From Planctomycetota bacterium (GTDB lineage Bacteria; Planctomycetota; UBA1135): a stretch of 64,000 bases of DNA. Positions within the stretch are counted from its first letter, which is position 1; every line of letters starts with the position of its first letter. The translations under genes and the position numbers were made by a program. Where the stretch lies: positions 93,818 to 157,817 of the forward strand of contig SHNF01000006.1 in NCBI GenBank assembly GCA_004295085.1. The letters run 5' to 3'. The notes below the pieces were generated by a model. The model was not told where the DNA came from and made no database searches. It saw nothing but the letters and a program-made list of their open reading frames with translations. Shown here in pieces: positions 8,857 to 15,350 of the stretch.

Positions 8857-9224
8857 ACCGCTCGGCACTCACCAGCATCGCCCCCGATGTCTTCCGGAAG
8901 CGCCTCCTCGTCGAGGGTTTCTTCGAGACTGAGATCACGGCCGAGACCCTGCGGGCGTACTTTCGGGACATCACGCAGGCACTCGGGCTCCGGACATACG
9001 GCGAGCCGATCATCCACCGGACCAGCGGCCAGGGCAAGCAGGCCAACGAAGGGTTCGACGCGTTCGTCCCGCTGATCGATTCGGGGATCTACATCGCGGT
9101 CTGGTTGCAGCCCCGCTTCCTGTCCACGATCCTCTACACATGTGGCCCGTTCGACGAGGAGCGCGCGGTGGCCCTGGTCCGGGACTGCTTCCGCCTGTCC
9201 CGGCACGAGGCGGCGATCTTCTAG
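8853..9224 (+). CDS. S-adenosylmethionine decarboxylase (SpeH/AdoMetDC)-related protein, divergent
   Basis: GFDAFVPLIDSGIYIAVWLQPRFLSTILYTCG aligns with the SpeH core [32 protein letters not shown]. Its ATG overlaps the upstream stop (ATGA at 8853-8856). Confidence 0.6.
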   Translation: MNRSALTSIAPDVFRKRLLVEGFFETEITAETLRAYFRDITQALGLRTYGEPIIHRTSGQGKQANEGFDAFVPLIDSGIYIAVWLQPRFLSTILYTCGPFDEERAVALVRDCFRLSRHEAAIF

Positions 9225-9283
9225 CCGGCCCCGCCGCGGCGCGCAGCTTCCGCCACAGCGACCTGCTCCCGCACCCCTTCCGC
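9224..9283 (+). pseudogene. Decayed duplicate of the cdd 3' end (direct repeat copy 2)
   Basis: Translates in frame to AGPAAARSFRHSDLLPHPFR, against the cdd C-terminus AGPATVRSFHLSDLLPHPFR. No upstream cdd body is present. It lies 43 nt before the tRNA. Confidence 0.75.
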
Positions 9284-9326
9284 AGCGGGCGCAAGTCCCG
9301 GAACCGCTCTATCCTATGGAGCGGAA

Positions 9327-9403
9327 GTCCCCGTAGCTCAGAAGGATAGAGCGGCGGTTTCCTAAACCGCAGGTCGCGCGTTCGACTCGCGCCGGGGACA
9401 CCA
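9327..9403 (+). tRNA. tRNA-Arg (anticodon CCT)
   Basis: Cloverleaf folded by hand. Acceptor stem GTCCCCG/CGGGGAC, D arm GCTC/GAGC, anticodon stem GCGGT/ACCGC with loop TTCCTAA, variable loop AGGTC, T arm GCGCG/CGCGC with loop TTCGACT. Discriminator A and an encoded CCA follow. Confidence 0.9.
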
Positions 9404-9429
9404 CCCAGGATCCAGTCCAGGAGAAGAAG

Positions 9430-9699
9430 ATGAAATCCATGAATCTCCACCCGTTCTCGTTGTTCGCCGGCGGCAGCCTGGCCGTGATCGCGCTCCTGGC
9501 CCTGGGCCAGGCCTCCGCGGCGCCCGCTCAGGGCGGGGCAGCGCCCGCTCCGAAGTGGGAGTACAAGGTCGTGGAAGACCTCACCGAGGGACAGGCCGCG
9601 AAGCTCGCGGCGGACGGCTGGGAATACGCCGGCTACCTGGGCAACAGCGTCAAGGGAGTCAGCAACGACGAGACGCTGTGGAAGCGTCCGGGCAAATGA
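9430..9699 (+). CDS. Small secreted DUF4177-like protein
   Basis: A signal peptide followed by a KWEYKVVEDL...DGWEYAGYL pattern. GGAGAAG lies upstream of the ATG. Confidence 0.55.
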   Translation: MKSMNLHPFSLFAGGSLAVIALLALGQASAAPAQGGAAPAPKWEYKVVEDLTEGQAAKLAADGWEYAGYLGNSVKGVSNDETLWKRPGK

Positions 9700-9721
9700 C
9701 TTGACCCGGCGTCCCGGCGGA

Positions 9722-10297
9722 TCACCGCGCCTTCCTGGACCGCTGCTTGCGCGCGCGCGCAGGCAGCGGAGCCTTGGCCGCCCTGGCGGAGCGGGTTGCG
9801 GCCCGCTTCGGCGCGCCCGCTCCCGGTCTGGCGGCGCCTGCGCGCGCGGCGGGGACGGCCGCCTGATAGCTGCGAATGTACTCTGCGGGGGTCACGCCGC
9901 GGATGGCATCGGCGATCACGTCGAGGGCGAGGTCCTCCAGCTTCTTGAAGCGGATGCAGCACTTGCCCATGTCGAGCTTCTTTCCGGTCTTGGCCCACTT
10001 CTGCCGGAAACTCCTCTCCTGCTGGCCCTCGCCGTAGCTCGGCATGAGATAGAGGGACAGGTAGTTCTTCTGCGAGGCCAGCGCGGCGAAGGGCAGCGGC
10101 TGGCGCGGGTCGCAGTGGTAGCCGGCGGGAAAGACGCGGTGCGGCACGTAGTAGCCGATCATGCCGTACTGCATGCCCTCCTCGAAGTCGTCGTCGAGGT
10201 TGTCGAGGATGAGCTTGCGCACGGCTTCGATGATGGCGCGCCGGTCGGCGGGCAGCTCGGACAGGTACTGCTGGACGCTGGTTGCCTTGCTTTGCAT
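9722..10297 (-). CDS. DUF1801 (YdhG-like) domain protein with basic C-terminal tail
   Basis: MQSKATSVQQYLSELPADRRAIIEAVRKLI...MQYGMIGYYV...GKCCIRFKKLEDL is typical of DUF1801. The tail is rich in Ala/Arg/Lys. Confidence 0.6.
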   Translation of the reverse strand: MQSKATSVQQYLSELPADRRAIIEAVRKLILDNLDDDFEEGMQYGMIGYYVPHRVFPAGYHCDPRQPLPFAALASQKNYLSLYLMPSYGEGQQERSFRQKWAKTGKKLDMGKCCIRFKKLEDLALDVIADAIRGVTPAEYIRSYQAAVPAARAGAARPGAGAPKRAATRSARAAKAPLPARARKQRSRKAR

Positions 10298-10348
10298 GGC
10301 GGGGCTTCCGGAGATTCTCCGGATTCTCGCTCGTCCTCGACCTCACCG

Positions 10349-11329
10349 CTACCTCCAATCGTCGATGAGATAGACGCCGGCCCGGTTGTAGCCCGGCTCG
10401 TCCGGCCTTTGCATCGCTATCCCCTGGAGATCGGTGCGGAAGCCGCGGCCGAGCATCCGGAGATAGGCCTCGTGGCGGGCCAGATTGACGCCGGCGACCA
10501 GGCGGCGCAGGCCTCCTTCGGCGGCCATCGATCCGCAGGCGTCGAGCAGGTGGTCGAAGTCCGCCGCCGCGGCCGGGCCCGGCCGCACCACTCCGAACTT
10601 GACGTAGCAGATCCCGCTCCCCGCTTCCGAGCCCGGCCCGCAATGACACACGGCCAGGCCCGCCAGTCGCCCAGCGTCTGCCCGGAGGAGGAGAGTGTCG
10701 CCAAGTCCCTGCTGCGCGACGGCGCGGATCTCCCGGCTGACGTCCAGCCCCGCGCTGGCCGCGCCGGTCACCTCACGGCAGGCGCGGAGCATCGGCTCAC
10801 GTTCGCTCTCCGGCAGATCCGAGAATCGGGTCCAGCGCGGCGTCGGTGCCGGCTGGCCGACCGCCGTGGTCATGACCGCGGTGAGGAAGCGGGGCCAGAA
10901 CCCGAACTTCTGGTACAGGCCGACGTGCTTCTGGCTGTGGGCGAAGGTGAAGAGGCCGGCGTGCTTCGTTCCCCAACGCTCGAAGCAGCCGAGAACGGGT
11001 TCCATCAGGCGCTTGCCCACTCCGCGGTCCCAGAAGTCGGGCCGGATCGAGAGCGGGCCGAAGAAACCCGTGCTGCCCCAGCTGGTGGCGAAGTTCGAGC
11101 CGACGAGCTCGCCGTCGATCTCGGCGCCAAAGGCGGCGGACGGGTCGGCCAGCCAGCGGGTCCGCACGTAGTCCGCGTCACCCATGAAGCTCAGCGGCTC
11201 CGGGAGGCCGAGGAATGTGCCGAATGCAAATCGCAGGATGCGGTCGGCGGCCGGCAGGTCACGTTCCTCCAGGGGGCGGACGGTGACTTCCGGCTGCGCG
11301 GCCTCCGCCGTTCGATTGCGCATTCCCAT
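10349..11329 (-). CDS. GNAT-family N-acetyltransferase with C-terminal extension
   Basis: VRPLEERDLPAADRI...PDFWDRGVGKRLME is the acetyl-CoA-binding motif A (R/Q-x-x-G-x-G/A). This is followed by a second domain of about 150 aa. Confidence 0.7.
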   Translation of the reverse strand: MGMRNRTAEAAQPEVTVRPLEERDLPAADRILRFAFGTFLGLPEPLSFMGDADYVRTRWLADPSAAFGAEIDGELVGSNFATSWGSTGFFGPLSIRPDFWDRGVGKRLMEPVLGCFERWGTKHAGLFTFAHSQKHVGLYQKFGFWPRFLTAVMTTAVGQPAPTPRWTRFSDLPESEREPMLRACREVTGAASAGLDVSREIRAVAQQGLGDTLLLRADAGRLAGLAVCHCGPGSEAGSGICYVKFGVVRPGPAAAADFDHLLDACGSMAAEGGLRRLVAGVNLARHEAYLRMLGRGFRTDLQGIAMQRPDEPGYNRAGVYLIDDWR

Positions 11330-11350
11330 CGCTGGTCCTCCGTAGCGGTA

Positions 11351-11980
11351 CTATCGGCGCCGGGGTCGGCCGCCGGTTTTGCCTCGAGATCGCTCGAGCC
11401 CTGCCCGCACCAGCGCGCGGATCGCCCAGCTCTTTACGGCCCGGGCGTCGCGCGGGCTCAGTTGCAGGACGTCGGTGGCGACCACCATCGACTCGGTGCC
11501 GAAGAAGTGCGCCAGGGCGGCCCGCAGCAGCTCGTAGGTCGAATCGTCGAAGCGGTGCCTGGCGGGCTGCAGCGCCGCCTCGATCAGCGCGCCGCGACGA
11601 TTCTGCCGCACCGGTATGCCATCCCGCTGGCGCGCCGGGAGCTCGAGCGATCGGGCCAGCATCATCCGGAGCTGGGGCTCGTTGGCCTGGACCATCGCGT
11701 GGAGCGCTTTCTCGGCCCGCTCGATCCGCTCCTCCGGATCGGTCGAGGGATCCTGGGCGAACAGCTCCTCCGGGGTCGGCACCGCTCCGTCGAGGGGCGC
11801 TTCGGCCATCAGGACCTCGCGGCTCGGGAAGTAGCGATAGGCCGTGGCCCGCGAGATCCGGGCCTCCTCGGCGACCTCGGCCACGGTCGGACACCGACCC
11901 GCCTTCATGAGCCGGGCCGCGGCGGACAGGAGATCCTTGCGGGTGCGATGCCGCTGATTGGCGCGCCAGGCTTCGCTCAT
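11351..11980 (-). CDS. TetR-family transcriptional regulator
   Basis: HTH segment RTRKDLLSAAARLMKAGRCPTVAEVAEEARISRATAYRYFPSRE. The start was chosen at MSEAWRANQ (the track ORF continues upstream in an implausible Pro/Ser/Arg-rich frame). Confidence 0.85.
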   Translation of the reverse strand: MSEAWRANQRHRTRKDLLSAAARLMKAGRCPTVAEVAEEARISRATAYRYFPSREVLMAEAPLDGAVPTPEELFAQDPSTDPEERIERAEKALHAMVQANEPQLRMMLARSLELPARQRDGIPVRQNRRGALIEAALQPARHRFDDSTYELLRAALAHFFGTESMVVATDVLQLSPRDARAVKSWAIRALVRAGLERSRGKTGGRPRRR

Positions 11981-11984
11981 GTCG

Positions 11985-12407
11985 TCACGCGGGAGGCAGC
12001 TGCCGGATGATCGCGGCGAGATCGACCCACACGCTCTCGCGCCCGATCTGGCCGTCGGGAGTGAACTGGAGCACGTGCAGCAGGCGGAACTCGAGAGGGC
12101 GGCCCTTGCCCTCGAGGCCGAAGGGCCGCCCCGGGGCGTTGCCCTTCCAGACGGACTCGTCCACCAGGAAGTCCTCGCCGTACAGCCGCTCGGTGCACAC
12201 GACCTTCCCGTCCGCCAGGTCGGCGAACATGGCCTGGTAGAAGCTGCGGGCGTTCTCGCGACCGCGGGTGGGGCCGCCCGGCCAGCCGACGATGTCATGC
12301 CTCGCCTCCGCGGACAGGGTCCGCAGCACCCCCTCCACGTCGTCCTTGGCCTCGTAGGCGAAGTGCTCGTCGATCGCGCGATCCATCTGCTCCCGGGAGA
12401 TTGCCAT
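11985..12407 (-). CDS. SnoaL-like / NTF2-fold protein (ester cyclase-like)
   Basis: MAISREQMDRAIDEHFAYEAKDDVEGVLRTL...FLVDESVWKG...VWVDLAAIIRQL. There is a 4-nt gap to tetR downstream. The upstream part of the track ORF is AT-rich and probably non-coding. Confidence 0.6.
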   Translation of the reverse strand: MAISREQMDRAIDEHFAYEAKDDVEGVLRTLSAEARHDIVGWPGGPTRGRENARSFYQAMFADLADGKVVCTERLYGEDFLVDESVWKGNAPGRPFGLEGKGRPLEFRLLHVLQFTPDGQIGRESVWVDLAAIIRQLPPA

Positions 12408-12441
12408 GCGTGCCTTTGTGATTGAGATTGAGTTCTTATTA

Positions 12442-12457
12442 TGAGACATGAGTCTCA
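12442..12457. promoter_or_regulatory. Perfect palindrome TGAGAC-ATGA-GTCTCA, candidate TetR operator upstream of the snoaL-tetR pair
   Basis: 6-bp arms with a 4-nt spacer, read directly. It sits in the AT-rich 12408-12470 leader, next to a tandem ATTGAG ATTGAG at 12421-12432. Confidence 0.5.
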
Positions 12458-12521
12458 CCATGTCAAGCACCCCGGGGCATAATTTGCGGCGGACTTCGAT
12501 CGCCCCGCAAAGGACCGACGG

Positions 12522-14060
12522 TCAGCCGGCGAGCAGCTTGCGCGCCTCCTCGCAGCCCGGCGCCGGGAAGCCGTAGTGGCTGGCCATGACGCGCGTGAGC
12601 GCGACCAGGTAGAGCGGCCGGTGGGCGGGGCGCGCGCTGGCGTGCTCCTCCTGGGCCGTGCGGAAGTACTTCTCCGCGTGCAGCGCGCCGTCCTCGCTGA
12701 CCGCGAATCCGAGCAGCAGCGCGAACAGGTCGTCGGACGAGTGCCCGAGCGCGTCGTAGCGGCGTGCCGCCTGGCAGGCGCCCTTCTGGTCGCCCGCGCG
12801 GACGCGAGCGTCGATCTCGCCCAGCAGCGCGCGCGGCTCCTCCAGCGCGCAGGGTTGCGCGTCGTGGTCGTGCGCGAGCGCGCCGACCGCGCCGGACTGG
12901 CCGGCCGTGTGGAAGGCGCCCGCGATCAGGCTGGCGCAGGCGTTCGCCGCGCTGCCGGCCCGGGCGATGTGCCGCCAGGCGTTCGCGGCGTCCGAGGCGT
13001 GCACGCCGACGGTGGCGCCGTGCACGCTGCCGGCCGGCCGGCCCGGACTGGCCTTCGCCTGGCCGGGATCGTGCAGCAGGAGACGCGTCGCAGCCAGCGA
13101 GAGCGCCGCGCCCACGTCCTCCGGATCGCAGCCTTCGGCGAGTGCCGCGGCCACGGCGCGGGCGGCGTCGGCGCGCGGGGCGGCGAAGACCGTGTCGGCG
13201 AGGCCTTCGATCCAGGCTTCGTCCGCCTTGCGGCTCCCACGCTCGCTGCGCTCGAGTCCGTGCTCCGCCATGAGCTCGGGAAGAAGCGCGCGTATCGCGT
13301 TCGGCGCCTGTCCGCGCTTGGCGCTCGCGCCGTCTTCGTCGATGCAGAAGCGCACGGGCATCCGCATCATCGTCACGGAATGCTCCGGACCGGTCAGCCG
13401 CAGCAGGTCGTAGGCGCGCCAGGCGAGGACGACGCGGTGCACGTTCATGTCGTCGCGGACGACGGTCTGCAACTCCTCGTAGGCGTGCAGGCGGTCGCCG
13501 GCGGCGCCGCGCGCCTCGAGGACGGCGAGGCTGCGCTCGGCGAGCGGCAGATCGCGCGCCCGGACGTTCTCGACGAGGCCGGGGCCTTCCGCAGCGTCCT
13601 CCACGGGTCCGAGCGGCCCGAGCGCGTCCTCGTGCGTGCGGCCGCTCTCCTGGAAGAAGCGCGCGTTGCGGTGCAGCACCTTGAGCACGGGCAAGGCTTC
13701 GTACGGCGCCGGCATCTGCGCGGCCATTTCGTAGCTCGGCATCAGCGCCATCAGGGCGTGATAGCCGTTGTAGTTCGTGCCGCCGTGGGCGCGCGCGTTC
13801 GCCAGGGCTCCGGCGGCGACGAGGTCCGCGAGCGGCGTGCCGCCGCGCAGCCTCTGGACCAGGAGCGGCAGGAGGTCGTCGGCCGGCGTCTCCTGCAGCA
13901 GGTCGACCAGCGGATCGAGCGCACCGAAGCGCAGCCGCTCCGGCCCGATCCTGGACAGCGTCTGCGCCAGTCCCAGGCGCTGCGCGAGGGCCAGGCTCAC
14001 CGCGGCCGAGCTCATGGTCCCCATCCGTCCCAGGAATGTCCGACGGCTCGAAGTCTTCAT
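12522..14060 (-). CDS. Tat-signal hypothetical protein
   Basis: MKTSSRRTFLGRMG twin-arginine motif, with GGAGG upstream of this ATG. Ordinary amino-acid composition over 512 aa; no motif I recognise. Confidence 0.6.
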   Translation of the reverse strand: MKTSSRRTFLGRMGTMSSAAVSLALAQRLGLAQTLSRIGPERLRFGALDPLVDLLQETPADDLLPLLVQRLRGGTPLADLVAAGALANARAHGGTNYNGYHALMALMPSYEMAAQMPAPYEALPVLKVLHRNARFFQESGRTHEDALGPLGPVEDAAEGPGLVENVRARDLPLAERSLAVLEARGAAGDRLHAYEELQTVVRDDMNVHRVVLAWRAYDLLRLTGPEHSVTMMRMPVRFCIDEDGASAKRGQAPNAIRALLPELMAEHGLERSERGSRKADEAWIEGLADTVFAAPRADAARAVAAALAEGCDPEDVGAALSLAATRLLLHDPGQAKASPGRPAGSVHGATVGVHASDAANAWRHIARAGSAANACASLIAGAFHTAGQSGAVGALAHDHDAQPCALEEPRALLGEIDARVRAGDQKGACQAARRYDALGHSSDDLFALLLGFAVSEDGALHAEKYFRTAQEEHASARPAHRPLYLVALTRVMASHYGFPAPGCEEARKLLAG

Positions 14061-14187
14061 GTCCGCCTCCGCGGCCTTGCGCCGCTCCGGTCCGACCAAG
14101 GAACAGCGAACATGCTAGCAGACAGGCAAGGCCTGGCGCCGGCGCGGGGCCTTGTCCCCCGGACGCCCGCGGTGGCATCCTGGTGGC

Positions 14188-14424
14188 GTGCAAAAGGCCA
14201 AGCTGGTCGTCATCGCGATCCTGTCGATCGTCGCGATCGTCGTCGTCCTGCAGAACCTGCAGACGGTCCAGGCGCGCTTCCTGTTCCTCACCATCAAGGC
14301 GCCTCAGGCCGTGCTGCTGTTCCTGACGCTGGCCCTTGGCTTCGCGCTCGGCGTGCTCACATGGTGGCTCGTTCGCAGCAAGCCATGGACGAGCGCAAGC
14401 GCTGCGGGTGAGAAACACCCGTAA
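14188..14424 (+). CDS. LapA/DUF1049-like small membrane protein
   Basis: KAKLVVIAILSIVAIVVVLQNLQTVQARFLFLTIKAPQAVLLFLTLALGFALGVLTWWL gives two TM helices with the LQN...V.. pattern. A GTG start is assumed (the track ORF starts at 14152). Confidence 0.55.
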   Translation: MQKAKLVVIAILSIVAIVVVLQNLQTVQARFLFLTIKAPQAVLLFLTLALGFALGVLTWWLVRSKPWTSASAAGEKHP

Positions 14425-14450
14425 CTTGGAGGATGGCGCGCCGCGCGGGA

Positions 14451-15182
14451 TCAGTGGATGCCGATGCGCAGGCCCGCGAACAGGTGCAGCGGACCGTTGG
14501 GGTCCCGCATCCACGGCATCTTGGTCTCCGGCGTGTAGAAGGCGTCCTGGTCGTTGCTGGTCGGGTTGGGACCCTTCTGGTCGTAGGGCGGGAGCTGCAG
14601 GTAGACCGCGTTGGAGATGAAGTCCTCGAAGTAGAACTGCGTGGTCAGCTCGGTGGTCATGGTCGGCATGACCTTGACGTGCACGTGCGTGGTGCGCCCC
14701 GGGTACCAGCCGGGGTAGATGGTGTCGAAGAGCACGAGGCCGTGGCTGTCCGCGATCTGGATGCCGCGCAGCCAGGTCTGGCCGGCGGTGCCCTGGCTGG
14801 CGAAGCCGGAGTAGGAACCCAGGGCGTCGTTGTGCCAGACGTCCACCACGGCGCCCGGGATGGGGCTGCAGTCGGCGACGCGCACCACCTGGTAGACGAG
14901 GGTCAGGGCCAGGCCCGGCTTGCCTTCGGTGATGTCGCGGCGCAGGAGGTCCAGGTCGAGGTAGAAAGGCCCCTGGATGTTGCTGGGCGTGCCGCGGCAC
15001 ATGCGGCGCAGGACCGGTGACCAGGGCGGCGCCAGGCCGGGATCGGACAGGAGGGCCGCGCCGGCGGGCGCGGCCGCCGGGGCGGCGGCGGCGCTCCGGG
15101 CCAGCAGCGCGCTCATGCCGGCGGCGCCGGCGCCCAGGACCCAGTTGCGGCGGTTGACGAGGCTGGAGGAGGGTTGCGTCAT
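14451..15182 (-). CDS. Intradiol ring-cleavage dioxygenase-family protein with Tat-like signal
   Basis: NRRNWVLGAGAAG signal, then TEGKPGLALTLVYQVV...GAVVDVWHNDALGSYSGF...YPGWYPGRTTHVHVKV, the characteristic dioxygenase core. Confidence 0.75.
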   Translation of the reverse strand: MTQPSSSLVNRRNWVLGAGAAGMSALLARSAAAAPAAAPAGAALLSDPGLAPPWSPVLRRMCRGTPSNIQGPFYLDLDLLRRDITEGKPGLALTLVYQVVRVADCSPIPGAVVDVWHNDALGSYSGFASQGTAGQTWLRGIQIADSHGLVLFDTIYPGWYPGRTTHVHVKVMPTMTTELTTQFYFEDFISNAVYLQLPPYDQKGPNPTSNDQDAFYTPETKMPWMRDPNGPLHLFAGLRIGIH

Positions 15183-15218
15183 GGTGGCGGCCAGGGTACG
15201 CCGATTCTGTGCTTGGAG

Positions 15219-15350
15219 ATGACGGCTGATTCGAATCGGCGGCCCGCGGACGACTGCTCCGCGGGCACGCTGGGCCACGCGTTGTTCGCGCCGTTCGTGC
15301 TGGTGTTCGACTACGGCGGCAACCGGGTGGCCTTCGTGCCCAAGGACTGA
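15219..15350 (+). pseudogene. Possible remnant of a retropepsin-like aspartic peptidase C-terminus
   Basis: A 43-codon frame ends ...LGHALFAPFVLVFDYGGNRVAFVPKD*, resembling the last strands of clan AA peptidases. No upstream catalytic part is present. It is wedged between two minus-strand genes. Confidence 0.3.

Noticed and set aside
7530-9403. Looked for a duplicated tRNA-Arg 3' end (classical att site) and for an integrase flanking the cassette
   Set aside because: Only an 8-9 nt GC-rich match (GCCGGGGA near 7567) was seen, which is expected by chance at this GC content. No recombinase-like ORF is present. The repeat that does exist is the cdd 3' end, not the tRNA.
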